64,000 nt of DNA from assembly GCA_030770535.1 (NCBI GenBank), contig JASVEC010000002.1, forward strand, positions 1,426,001-1,490,000, given 5' to 3'. The position numbers were made by a program, and so were the translations under genes. Source of the DNA: Batkoa obscura (Eukaryota). Of the stretch, positions 26,354-38,413 are shown in pieces. The notes under the pieces are model-generated. The model saw nothing but the letters and a program-made list of their open reading frames with translations, ran no database searches and had not been told where the DNA came from. Position 1 is the first letter of the stretch. Each line of letters begins with the position of its first letter.

Positions 26354-26458
26354 ATATGGGGATATATTTTTTAACAATTTTATTAATAGTCTTTCCACTC
26401 AAATAGCGCTTGAAAAATGGAAAAAGTGATGAAGCCAAAAAAAATATTTACATCATAT
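26354..26458 (+). mobile_element. MITE copy
   Basis: ATATGGGGATAT...TTCCACTCAAATAGCGCTT...GAAGCCAAAAAAAA matches the family consensus. Confidence 0.85.
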
Positions 26459-26941
26459 TAATTTTTTTGTCCAAAATAAATGGATAAAAAGTTTTCTATT
26501 ACTATTGTAACTCTATTTCAACCTAATTTGCAGTGGCTTTTATAAAAAAACATTCGTATATTCAATTTTTTTAAAGTATAGTCTTTATTTTATAAAGTTT
26601 TGATACAAAATTTATCCTTAAATATGCAGGTAGCTAAAGCACAAGCAAACAACAGGTTCTAAAAATTACCGCGAATTAGATTAAAATAGAGTTTACAGCA
26701 GCTGTAAAAAAACTCAATTCTTTTTATAAAACAGTAAGGTTATATTGAGTGTTCAATTTTTGTTATTTTTTAAAATAATTGATTAAAACTCAATAAAAGC
26801 AGTACAATAAAGTTTATAAAGCAGAATATAAAAAAAATGAATTTATTTAAAATTTATTTAAAATTAGATATTCTTGAATTAATTCTATTATACTCATCCT
26901 TCCTTATAAGTTTATATACTGACAAATAATATCAATTTAAA

Positions 26942-27958
26942 CTATCTTATAGGATTATATCCTAGTAATACACGAATTTGGTGATTGATAGTATCATTAA
27001 TAAATAAAGTAATCATTGGCGACATAATTTTATGGAGCATAACGAGGGAGATACAGATAGCATCAATGGTAGGTGAACGAACCTGAGACGTAGCCAATTC
27101 ATAAATAATGGTACATGTCATTGGTAAAAAACATAAAATAAATACAAGTGCATATAGCACACATTTAAAAGCTACTTTTCTAAGATGGGATTTTGGAGTT
27201 GGACGAACGGTAATTGTAGTTAATGGAGCAGTACTACCTTCTGTATTAGATTTACGTGCATGACCAGAAGGTAAATAAGTGGGTACAGGAGCTTCAATAA
27301 GCTGTCGAACAATGGTACAATATTTAGCTGTTATTGCCCAATAAAAATAAACACTAGCAATTACTGGAATGATTAAAATAGCTAAAGTAGCCCATAAATG
27401 TATGTGAGTTTGAGGAGCATCAGGTACATATCTTATATAACAATAAGCAAAAGAAGGCATAATTCTAAAATCACCACTTAATCCAATAACACATGCAAAT
27501 ATTATAGAGGGTAACCATAAACCATATTGAATTATTAACATCACTCGATCAGTAACATGAGTAGATTTAGAGCCTATAACTTTACGGAAGCGATAAAATC
27601 CTAAAAAGGTACCACACATAAGCCAAGTAAAACCACATATTAAAATCATACTGCCTTCCATTTGGCAAGTATAAAAATCCCATAACCTATAACCTGAGGC
27701 TAATTTTAAGGTGTACCATACTAAGACCCAACCAGCAAATACTATATCTACAAATACCATTTGTAAGGTCATTAAATTATCCGTTGTTTGTAAGGATTTT
27801 GTTCTTATAACTACTATCAAGATAATTAAACTAGGTATCATAGCTATTAAATTAAATAACATAAAACTGGTTGGCACCAGTAGCGCTTGCCATGTATATA
27901 ATTCGGGTAAATTTGAATCCATATAAGGTAACTCAACATATTCGGCAGGAATAGACAT
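26942..27958 (-). CDS. Class A (rhodopsin-like) 7TM GPCR; intronless
   Basis: Seven hydrophobic segments. Features: TM2 Asp, TM3 CQMEG...YRF, ECL2 YCY, TM6 FILCFLP, TM7 HKIMSPM. Paralog of 43666..44661. Confidence 0.85.
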   Translation of the reverse strand: MSIPAEYVELPYMDSNLPELYTWQALLVPTSFMLFNLIAMIPSLIILIVVIRTKSLQTTDNLMTLQMVFVDIVFAGWVLVWYTLKLASGYRLWDFYTCQMEGSMILICGFTWLMCGTFLGFYRFRKVIGSKSTHVTDRVMLIIQYGLWLPSIIFACVIGLSGDFRIMPSFAYCYIRYVPDAPQTHIHLWATLAILIIPVIASVYFYWAITAKYCTIVRQLIEAPVPTYLPSGHARKSNTEGSTAPLTTITVRPTPKSHLRKVAFKCVLYALVFILCFLPMTCTIIYELATSQVRSPTIDAICISLVMLHKIMSPMITLFINDTINHQIRVLLGYNPIR

Positions 27959-28262
27959 TTATTTTTTCCTAGATATTAGTAATTGTTGAAGGAAGTTGCT
28001 ATAGTTTATTTTAAAATAATCAAGTTGTAGAAATAAAGAAATTCAAATAAATTAGTAAAACTTATTTTATTAATTTAGGATTTTAGGTTTGATTCATCAT
28101 GTTGATCTTTTTTAAATAAATTTAATAAATTGGGCTATGTTCAACTGAAAGTTAACAACTTGAGATTGGCTCAAGTTCAAAGCTTAGATTTTAATCTTTT
28201 GTTTAGTATAATTATAAAAAATTATTAAATGAAGGAGAATTCAACTTTATTTATTAAAATAT

Positions 28263-29397
28263 TTAATAACTTCCTTCAATAAGGCAAGTAGTTTCATTAT
28301 TATTATTATTATTGGGTAAATAAGAATCAGATTTAGGCCTTAATTGAGATGGTGGTGTGTTTTTAATTTCTACCCATTTGAGCCTTGGTGAGCTTGGTAG
28401 CATTGTTAATTGTACATTGGAATGAACAACTTCAGGTAGATTAAACAAAGTTAATAAATATGAGTTAAAAGTGGGATGAAAGAATAGTAATACAATTGGA
28501 TTTAATAAACCAGCTAGATTTAATAAAATTATATTAACTGAATCTAAGAAATAACTTAATTTAAAATCATTATTAAATGAAAATATTAAGATTATTATTT
28601 CTAATATATAAAATAAATAATAACCGGCCATTAGTAGAAAACTTTGATTAATAGCTATAGATTGATTTTTTAAATTTGATTGAAATGAGTCATTAAAAAA
28701 ATTATCTGAAAATAATATAGCATTCTTTTTAATTTCTTCTCGTCGATTTTTTAATAAAATTATTAAGCCAATATAATAAACAAAGATTATACAAACACTA
28801 CCTAAGTAACATAAAATTGAATTAATTATAATATATTCATTATTATTATTATAATTTACCTAATAATATAATTAAAGTGATTATTGAATTGATATTATAT
28901 TTTGGACTATTTCTATTAATATGACAATATACATTAGATGGCATTAATACAAATTCATTATTAATTAATTGAATCATAGATTCAATAAACGAAAAGATTG
29001 ACAAAGCAACAAATATCGAACTAAATATAAAACTTTTAATAGGTGTTTGATTACGGATCATTCGAGTGATATTGAAATATTTTGAAATAGCTAATAATAT
29101 AGTTGCACTTAATGTAATGTATAAATTGCAATGAAATATAAAACCTGACAAGCGACATAACAGATGACTTATCTTGGACAAACTAATAATGGAATACAAT
29201 TGATTAAACAATATTAATAATGAGTTGAAACTTTGAAAGATGGCTATAACTGCGTAAAAAATGATATTTAAGTTTTTAAAATTATTTTGCTGATAAAATA
29301 TCTTAATCAGTATTCCATTTAACAATACTACGCCTACACTTATAATCATGGATAATATTTGTATAAATGGATAAAGTGGGTTATCTTCATGCTTCAT
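28263..29397 (-). CDS. Class A-like 7TM GPCR; 2 exons
   Basis: ORFs 28849..29397 and 28263..28631 join through a GT-AG intron at ~28802-28858. TM3 CRLSG...SKY, ECL2 MPSNVYC, TM7 LLNPIVLLFF. Confidence 0.8.
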
Positions 29398-30072
29398 TCT
29401 TGGATTTATAGTTAAAATAAGATAAAGGCTGATTTTTTTGTTTTTGTTTTTACTTTGACTTCCATCACTTTAATTTCCGGTATCAAGTTTTTATTTAATT
29501 CATTTGATTAGTTTATATTTTTTTCTAAAAAATAAGAGTAATTTAAAACCTAGTAATTACAATAGTATTCTATAACTTAATGAAAGTGTTCAAATCTAAA
29601 TTATGTTATTATTTAAACTCTTATAAAATACTTAGATTACTTAAATGTTAAATATTAATTTTATGTAGTTGTAATATTCGAATGAAATCATTGATCTTTT
29701 TATAACATACTTCGAACTTGGATTTTTTTCTATATTTTCATTAGAAATATAATACTTTGAATAAGAAAGATATATTATTAAAGTGTTTATATTCATGAAA
29801 AACCCGAAAGGTGAACATTTAAAATGTCAAATAAAAAATTTCTCTTTTTTACTTTAATTTCCTATTGTTTTTTTGATAAAATATATGAAGAAAAGGGGGC
29901 TAATAAAAATTTTAAGCTAAATCAGATATCAATATTTCTATACTGTATTTTTTATTCCTTTGTTATCTTCCTTTATCTCGTACATCATAACACTTTAAAG
30001 ATTCTTATTATTTAACATTCTCTAATAAAATTATAGGCTTAATTGTTCATATAATTATTATGAGGTATTTCT

Positions 30073-30182
30073 ATATAGGGGTGTTTTTTTGGTTTCACCA
30101 CTTTTTCCATTTTTTTAAATGTTATTTAAATGGAAAAGTTGCTAGTAAAATTCTTAAACAAAAAAAATACATCCTGGTATAT
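30073..30182 (-). mobile_element. MITE copy
   Basis: ATATAGGGGTGTTTTTTTGGTTTC...AAAAAATACATCCTGGTATAT. Confidence 0.85.
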
Positions 30183-30632
30183 TTACTACTTTAGAAGCTG
30201 ACTTGAGATATTTGATAAATAATGGACTTATTTCTCCTGCTAATATGCACCAGTTATTAGACCAAAAAATATAGGATATTTTAAAATAAATAGCAATTTA
30301 ATTATATGGGTTTGCTATTAAATGGTTTAATCCTTATGTCAATTTTAAGCGAAGGGTAAACTTATAATAATAAAGATTAAGAGAGAGGTTAGCTTATGAA
30401 TGACTAAGTTATAAGTATCAGGGTTGTTGTTGAATTTAATTCGAGTATATGATATTGGTCTATATCTTATTATACTTAATAGTTAACTTTATAAATGATA
30501 AAATTAAAGTATTCAACTGTTAAGTAGATATTATAGTAATCTTGATCGTTATTTATTTACAAAAAATTAATTGATAACTGATAACTGACAAATGATAAAT
30601 CAGAACAGTATCAATTTAATTAGATTTTAAAC

Positions 30633-31976
30633 TTATACTCGTGCGAGTAATTTTCTATTGACCGTAAGCTTAAGAACAAAGAAAAGACATGATCCCAATA
30701 TAGCAGAGGTAGCTGCATACATAATAACAGGAACATAATTAGGCTTAGCTGGATTAGAGGTCGAAGCAGCTAATATTGCCGATGCAATAGGAGTGCCAAC
30801 TAAATTAGGAATACCGGAGCCAAAATAAAGTAAACCGTTGGTACTTGCAATACCTTCTACACCAAACAATTGAACTGTGACTACGGGTAGCATTGAGATA
30901 TAACCTCCAGCCGCCATCCCATATAGTATATTGAAAGCTAATAGCACGCCGAAAGTAAATGAGAATGTCCATATAAAATAGCAGAAGAGAGAGGCAAGCC
31001 CAATACAAATAAAAAGAATATTAATTCTACCAAAACGATCACCTAAGCTCCCTAATGCAACCCTTCCAATGGCGGACCCTCCATTCAATAATCCAATTAA
31101 GATAGATCCTTGGCTTTCAGTAAGGCCGATGGATTGAGCATATTTACCCATAAGTAAAAACGGAACAAGATAACCAAAAGAGCATAAGAAACCTCCAAAG
31201 AATAAAGCAAGAAATCTACGATCTTTAAATCTAGTAAAATCTAACCAAGAACCTCCGTTCTTAGCCTTTACTCTTTCTTTTATGAAAAAAGAAGTAATAA
31301 GTAATATAACAAAAGCAATAATAGCTAATACTCTTAATGCCCATCTAAAATCCAAATTGTTCAAAACAGTTTGGGTCACTGGACTCAATACCAAACCACC
31401 AATCCCAGAACCAGCTACAGCAACACCTGTAGCTAAACCAATGTACTTTTTAAACCATTGGGCAGGTGCACTTACAGCTGGTACAAATGCAATAGCACCA
31501 CCAATACCCACTAAAACACCCTGAGTTAAAAATAGATGCCAAACTTCAGTACTAAAAGAAGCTAATAGTAGACCAATAACGTAAATAGCTGAGCCAAGCA
31601 GGATAGAATTACGATACCCTAATTTATCAGCTAGTTTTCCTGTAAACACAGCCAATAATGTTTGAAGTGAAGTACTTATGGTACCAATAAAACTTAACGT
31701 AGATAAAGGTACTTTATTTTTAAATAAGTTATCAGCATAATATTGAACAAACACACCAGAACTAAGAGTTATTCCCATAATAATAAATAAATTGAAAAAA
31801 CTTGCTATTACTACTATCCAACCTTGGATACTATCAACATTTTGATCTTCCTCTATATTTTCATCTGTTGTAGGATCGCTTGTTTCTTTAAATGTTGTAA
31901 CAGAATCAAAAGACAAATTTGCGGTTGTCTTGTCTTGTATACCAGACATTGGTATATTTATCGTACTATTACTCAT
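30633..31976 (-). CDS. MFS transporter, monocarboxylate porter (MCT/Mch-like) family; intronless
   Basis: About 12 TM segments; motifs DSIQGWIVV, GKLADKLGYR, QWFKKYIGLATGVAVAGSGIGG, GSLGDRFGR. Confidence 0.93.
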   Translation of the reverse strand: MSNSTINIPMSGIQDKTTANLSFDSVTTFKETSDPTTDENIEEDQNVDSIQGWIVVIASFFNLFIIMGITLSSGVFVQYYADNLFKNKVPLSTLSFIGTISTSLQTLLAVFTGKLADKLGYRNSILLGSAIYVIGLLLASFSTEVWHLFLTQGVLVGIGGAIAFVPAVSAPAQWFKKYIGLATGVAVAGSGIGGLVLSPVTQTVLNNLDFRWALRVLAIIAFVILLITSFFIKERVKAKNGGSWLDFTRFKDRRFLALFFGGFLCSFGYLVPFLLMGKYAQSIGLTESQGSILIGLLNGGSAIGRVALGSLGDRFGRINILFICIGLASLFCYFIWTFSFTFGVLLAFNILYGMAAGGYISMLPVVTVQLFGVEGIASTNGLLYFGSGIPNLVGTPIASAILAASTSNPAKPNYVPVIMYAATSAILGSCLFFVLKLTVNRKLLARV

Positions 31977-32616
31977 TACAGTATTTAATTTTTATATATT
32001 TAATTGATTCATGCTTCTTATTTCAAGTTTATATACTCTATTTAAATTTTGATTGATTAAAGTCAGTTATAATTCGGGTTTGGTAGTCTTGAATAAGATG
32101 CTTGCTTAAATTTGAGCTAGAAAATTGAATGGGATTTTTTTTACATTGACTTTTACCGAATCTCGAGAATAACAGTTTAATAATAAAGAAATTCAAAAAG
32201 CCCCGCACTATAAAATATGTAAGGATGTAAAAATAATCCTTTTTCCGATATGATTAGAAATCGGTTTAAGGTTTTGATAGAAGAAACTGCAATTATGAGT
32301 GTAATACGATAATCGTAGGAGAAATTTAATAACATGCGCTAATTTAAACCCAAGGTTCAACTTTTTCCCGATTTTATTTATTGCAAAAGTGCAAAAATAA
32401 ATACTAATAGTATAAAAACCAAGGGGTATTTTTTCTATTTAAGAAATCCATTATAGCATTTGCTAAATACCAAACTAGAATATAAAAAACAACTAAATGG
32501 GGAGACATTCTCTGGTTATCTTTTACTTCATTCTAAATTAGTCAGTTAAATTTTACACTTAGATCAAAATAAAACAATAAATATTTACAGTTTTAACCCA
32601 GTTTTCAAATTCTTCC

Positions 32617-32723
32617 ATATAGGGATGTATTTTTGTGCTTAAGAACTTTACTAATAAATTTTCCACTCAAATAGCGCTTAAAAAATGGAAAAAATAATGA
32701 AATCAAAAAAAACACTCCCATAT
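32617..32723 (+). mobile_element. MITE copy
   Basis: ATATAGGGATGTATTTTTG...AAAAAAACACTCCCATAT. Confidence 0.9.
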
Positions 32724-33359
32724 ACTAAACATTATTTTGAAATATTGTTAACAATTGTTATCAAAAAAATAAACACTTTAAACTATATGTTCCAACTTCT
32801 CCTCTTTTACGCTTATGAACAAAAAGTATAAAATGACTTTGGTTATTTATTAAAATTTGAGTTTATTTTTACAAAACTGTTGAACTTTAAATAACTGATA
32901 ATATTTAAATAGGTTTCAATTGTAATCATTAATTTATAATATTATACTTATCTCTGCATATTACTATCCTGCATTAATTAAAACATATCATAAAAAGTAT
33001 GAATATCTCCAGTTTACAACTTTATCCACTTTTATTAAAAATTGGGAATTTTATCACTCAAAATCTTGAGTAAAAACTACTTCAACTCATGGCAAATATT
33101 CAAGTCTTTACTTTATTTCTATGTTTGGAAATTTCTTAGATTTTAATACTGAAAATGAACAAATAAAATTAGAGGAGACATGTATATATTTTAATGTCAA
33201 ACGTAACGGAGTTAAAAAAAAAAGTATTTATTAATCATTTACCTTTTTAAATGACAATGTAAAAGGGAGTCTTAATTTTAGTATTAACAGGTATAGTGCA
33301 GTATTTGTTCTAACAGGTTTATCCGCTTAGATATTAATGATGTTAACTATTGTTTATAA

Positions 33360-33915
33360 TTTTTTATAGAAAATCTTGAAAGAGCCGAAGGCTCCCCCAA
33401 ATGCTTTATTGTTGGGAAAAAATTATAATTGGCTAATGGCTGGTATGATGCAAAGGAAAGAGAAATGCGGGATCAAATGTGAAAAGGATTATGCAAAAGG
33501 CGGAAAGTGCTCTAGCTCAACTTTGCCCGCTTTGGAATTGAGTAGATTTAATTGAAGAGTGGGCAACTCTTGTTTATACAGTGTTGCGCAAAAATGGAAG
33601 GTAATAGAGGGAGAAGCTAGCGAAACAGCTTTGATATTTAAAGAGGATGAGTCATAGATTGGATAAATGGCCCATAAACCTACTAAAATAGTAAAAAGTT
33701 GAAGAAGGGCCTAAAAGGGGGAAGTGTAACAAGAAGTTAGTTAAATCTGATTCCAATGTGTCGAAGTGAAAGGGAAGTAAGTTAATAAAGGTAATCGTAT
33801 AAGTTCATCGCAGAAAAGACGTTCCTTTCTGGAATTGAGAACAGAGTGGGACAGTTAAGGTCTAGTTTTAAATGCATCAAGGCCAAACCTCCATAAATGA
33901 GAGTGAAGCTTGGGA
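33360..33915 (-). mobile_element. Degenerate 5'-truncated non-LTR retrotransposon (L1-like) 3' fragment
   Basis: Locally GC-richer island. The minus strand reads PKLHSHLWRFGLDAFKTRP*LSH...FCDEL...HWNQI and TILVGLWAIY, resembling the zf-RVT/C-terminal region of L1-clade ORF2, with stops. It ends AATAAA-GCATTTGGGGG, a small hairpin and a short A-tract. Confidence 0.6.
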
Positions 33916-34168
33916 CTTTATTTTTTACAATTATTTTCAAATTTCCATCATAACAAAAAAAAATTTAGTTATACTTGATGCAAAGGTCGTATTGAAAGGT
34001 CTAAAATATTATAAATATATATTATGGGCTCAAGTAGCTGACAAACAGTTGAGAATATAGTATTATTCAATAATAGATATTATTATTTGGTTGTAAGTTT
34101 GCTGTAATCCAGTTTACTTAAAAATAAATTATCGATTTTCGTAAACTTCTTTAATATTCAAAATTTAT

Positions 34169-34270
34169 ATATAGGGATGTTTTTTTGTATTTAAGAATTT
34201 TACTAACAGTTTTCCCACACAAATAGCGCCTAAAAGATGGAAAAGTAATGAACCCAAAAACATTCCCATG
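34169..34270 (+). mobile_element. MITE copy
   Basis: ATATAGGGATGTTTTTTTG...AAATAGCGCCTAAAAGATGG...AAAAACATTCCCAT. Confidence 0.88.
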
Positions 34271-34649
34271 TTAAAATTTACAAAAGTGTTGTCAAAACTA
34301 CTAAACTGTTTATTTTTTAGAAAATCAGTTTTAATATTTCACTAAAAAAACAAATAAAAAACAAAACTATAAAAGCTTTGTTGTTGTTACTATATATATT
34401 ATACAGATTAGCGACTTATCAAAGTTTTAACTAATCTAACATCGGAGCGTTTTCCAACTTGTTACATAGCACTCTACTCATATTAGATGAAGTAGAAGCA
34501 ACCAATAACGAAGGAGTGATGAGTTTATGTTTTATACTTATATTTGTACATGTCAATTTAAAGTCACTAATTTTGATTATTTTGAAGCTTAGAAAAAGAG
34601 ATAAAAAAGAGATAAATGACTGGTATTTAGCATCACAGTGATTTTAATT

Positions 34650-35840
34650 TGTTTTATGAATCTGCATTTGATTCAGCCATACTCTTCACCATCTAAGTCA
34701 ATACTGCTTAAGTAAAGTTTAGTGAACATTTTTTTGTAACCAAAGGTTGAAATAAACAGTTTGAATATTTGATAATAAAGATATTGAATTCAATGAACTT
34801 TTTGAAAACTTGTGAACGTGTATTGCTTTTAATACTGATAACCTCAAACATTTATCTTCAGTTGAGTAATAGTAATAGGATAAACTAGTTGTATTACTAC
34901 ATTTAGTTGATTTAGTCTTATTATGATTAGCCTTATCAAACCTAAAATAAAACTTACAGCCTATGACTTTTATATTTTTAGCTGCTCTAAATCACCAATC
35001 TATTAAAAACTAACATTAAAGTCTCCATATATTTTCGATTTTAAAGATAAGGTAAATTATATATCGTTGTGAATATTAGAGACAATAGAAATCAGATTCT
35101 AAATTTGATGACTTTAATCTAGATTTAGTTTTGACAATGCCTGATCCATCCAAATCCTATCTATTTCTAACATATATATTGAGCGAATTTAATTTGTATA
35201 AATTTAGATAATAGAATTTTTAATAGATACTATCTTTAATAAACTCAAATTGATTAGCTTGTTCTATGTATTTTTCAAAAAGCATTGGCCCTGGTTCACA
35301 AGTAGTATGATCCAAAACTGGTTTTTTAACTTTGGTAGATCAAATTCTATAGCAATAGTGTTGTCATCATAATAAGCTCAGCCATCATTATTATACTCAT
35401 ACCAAACATTGCCACTATAACTATCCTTATATTTGACATGTTTATATCATATGGGGATATATTTTTGTGTTTAAGAATTTTGCTAACAAATTTTCCGCTT
35501 AAATAGCACTTAAAAAATGGAAAAAATAATGATGTTAAAAAAGACACTCCCATATATACCTTGTATTTGGGCAATAACCTAAATATTCTAGATTTTTATC
35601 TTTTGAATCTATATGCTTTATTAAAATTACATTTTCCTTAATAAGCTCTTCTTGGTAATAATAATATCCTTCAAGTTCCTCTTGATTGTAAGGTGAATAA
35701 GCCAAACTATACCTTATACCCCTACTTACAACTTTGAACAAACATTTGCTCGAAAAGCGCAACTCAAGCAGTTTAATTGGATCCAATAAGTTGAGCGTAT
35801 CTTCTCATAGAAGACCAAGTAATAAATCAAATTTTAACAA
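34650..35840 (-). pseudogene. F-box/LRR pseudogene disrupted by stops, frameshifts and a MITE
   Basis: Reads KFDLLLGLL*EDTLNLLDPIKLLELRFSSKCLFKVV (F-box-like, with TGA in place of a likely Trp), then LRR-like fragments (FDLPKLK, NLYKLNSLNIY) in shifting frames. Confidence 0.55.
35449..35555 (+). mobile_element. MITE copy inserted in the F-box pseudogene
   Basis: ATATGGGGATATATTTTTG...AAAAAAGACACTCCCATAT. Confidence 0.9.
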
Positions 35841-36811
35841 CGTTTATAAATATGATAAAGAGAAAGGAATTCAATATTTAAATTCTATATGCTATATTTT
35901 AAACTATTTTATAGGCAACTTTATTATAAAATGCTAATAAAAAATAAAGATCATTAAAAATGCATTAGTGATTTTATATAGTAGTATAGTAATAAGACCA
36001 TTAAATAAACAAATAATGGGCAACTTAAGTTAAGTTTTCCATAAATTAAACAGTATACAAAGATGAATTACGAAGTGATGACTCTATAGCTAATAATAAA
36101 ATCCTTTATACAACTAACAGCAGTGAGTTAAAAGCTATTTTGCTATCAAAGTATTACTATTATGATAACAATATTAATTTCTGCTTAGTACAATTCATGT
36201 CATAGTTAATGAATATATTGTGTTATATTTTTATACATTGATTCTTTATAGTTTTTATTATCTCCGCTTTATATCCATCTATTTGATGTTTATTTAAACT
36301 AAATGTTCATAAATAAATTCCATTTTATATTTTAAATCAAGCTATATTGAATCAAATAATAGATTAAATCTTGTTGTTTTAGCTTTAATAACTGTGATGA
36401 TAAAATGGCTGTTCTCTGGGGTTAACAATTCTAATTTTAGCGCAGTATATACACATAAATAATAATAATACTATTTTATTTATCTCATTCTTTCTTTTCA
36501 AAATCTAACATTCCTTAACTCTTTTATATAAGTTTTTATTAAATATGAATCAAAATGCATTTCAATGTTAACTCGAACACAATTGTACTAGATTCGTATT
36601 AAGTACTTTAGTGTAGTTTTTACAACATGTTTTTCGAAGATCCCGAAAACAATAAAACTGCCTTGCTTCCAATACCCTATTTACCTCTTCATCTATTATA
36701 TCAGTGCTTCTCTTTCACCTCATTACTTTCTCAAATTTTGGAACTTTTTTCTAGAATAAATTACGCAACTTTAAATTAAACAAACCATTTTTTGATAAAA
36801 AATCAACCATA

Positions 36812-38104
36812 ATGTTAGCCGAAGCTCATGGATATTTAAACAATTCTAACACATTTAAATTAAAAGGTTTATCAGAGTCTAATTTAAGATTCATACTTAG
36901 TCATTTTTCGTTATATCAACAATCTTTGTTTCTAAGAGTTTGTAAAGAATGGCGATCACTATTATTACCTTTAGTTTGGGAATCTACAGACATTGGATTA
37001 TCATTTAAAATGCAAAAGCAAAAATTAAAAACAATAAAAAAATATGGTCATTTTATTAAGCACTTAACTACAGATATTTATGGATATCCAGCCCTTAATA
37101 GTTTTAAGCATCCAAATTTAAAATCAATCTCAGCCACTTTACACACTTACCTATTAGCTATTCATAGTAAGTTTGATTTGAGTTTACACCACTTAACTTA
37201 TCAGTTTTATATCCAAAGAATACCTACAAAAACCTTTTTATTTCAAAAAAATATCGATCTGGCCCAAATATTTCATAGCTTAAAAAGTATAACGTTACCA
37301 GAAGTAAATTCAGGTCCAGTTTTAGAAGTTATTAATTTACTTCCACCAACTTTAAGCTCAGTTGCGTTGACAGATAGTGGCTATCAATTACCTTATTTTG
37401 AAAAAGTGTTTTGTAAAGTTCCTAAACTCAAACATTTAAGATTAGGCTTTAAACTTTATACCTTTGAGAATTTTTTATATTTACAATCAAACTTATTTGA
37501 AGACTTAGAAAGTTTAACTTTCAAAGGCTTTATGGTTCGTGGTTTTGATGAACTATATTTTGAGCTTGAAAATTTTCCTAAATTAAATAGGATAGAATGT
37601 ATTTATTGCACCCCTTTAATCCTAGTTGGTTCTTCAAAAATAACTTCCCTATATTTTTTGGGCATGAATATTAATTATATTGAACTTAGTGATTCTTCTT
37701 TTCAGTATTTAAGAAAGTTAACTTTAATTGAATGTTTTAATTTAACTTCGCAGCAGTTATACTCTATACTTAAACTACCTAATTTAACCTATCTACATTT
37801 AGAATCTAAATGTTCAAATTACGTTTTACTATTAGATTCGATTTACCCAACCTCAAAATCGTCGATTATTACCTTAGAACTTACCGGTTTTGTCCTTGGA
37901 GCTGCATTTTTCAAGTTCATTCTGAATTCGTGTTACCTCTTGCAAAAACTGTCCCTTTTTGATTGTAGCTTAGAAAATAATATCAATGGATTATATCTTA
38001 CTTTGGGGCCTAAATTAAGACTTAAACTTGGTTCAATGCTATTTAGATTAATTGATTGCGATACTGAACTATCTAAACTCCAAAATAACCTTTTCCTTCG
38101 TTAA
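36812..38104 (+). CDS. F-box/LRR (RNI-like) protein; intronless
   Basis: N-terminal F-box-like LKGLSESNLRFILSHFS...LRVCKEWRSLLLPLVW followed by repeated PxLxxLxL motifs. Confidence 0.8.
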   Translation: MLAEAHGYLNNSNTFKLKGLSESNLRFILSHFSLYQQSLFLRVCKEWRSLLLPLVWESTDIGLSFKMQKQKLKTIKKYGHFIKHLTTDIYGYPALNSFKHPNLKSISATLHTYLLAIHSKFDLSLHHLTYQFYIQRIPTKTFLFQKNIDLAQIFHSLKSITLPEVNSGPVLEVINLLPPTLSSVALTDSGYQLPYFEKVFCKVPKLKHLRLGFKLYTFENFLYLQSNLFEDLESLTFKGFMVRGFDELYFELENFPKLNRIECIYCTPLILVGSSKITSLYFLGMNINYIELSDSSFQYLRKLTLIECFNLTSQQLYSILKLPNLTYLHLESKCSNYVLLLDSIYPTSKSSIITLELTGFVLGAAFFKFILNSCYLLQKLSLFDCSLENNINGLYLTLGPKLRLKLGSMLFRLIDCDTELSKLQNNLFLR

Positions 38105-38413
38105 CTCACATTTCAGTAAATTACTTGCTTTTCTGGTTATTTGTATATGTATAACCTAGTTTGATTTATCTCCTTATAAACCTTTTTTCATCATTAAAGG
38201 TAAGCTAACTTATATCAATATAACTTTGATAATAAAGTTCAGGTAACTTTATATAAGACGTCATCTTAAATACTAACTAAAAAAATTAGTAAATCGAAAC
38301 TAATATACAATATAAAATAGTAGTAAAAAAGGCTAAATCCATACATCAAACGTTGAAAATAAAAATATACTTGAACAAAAGTCCTGATTGGAACCAATTT
38401 GTATCTCGTTTAA

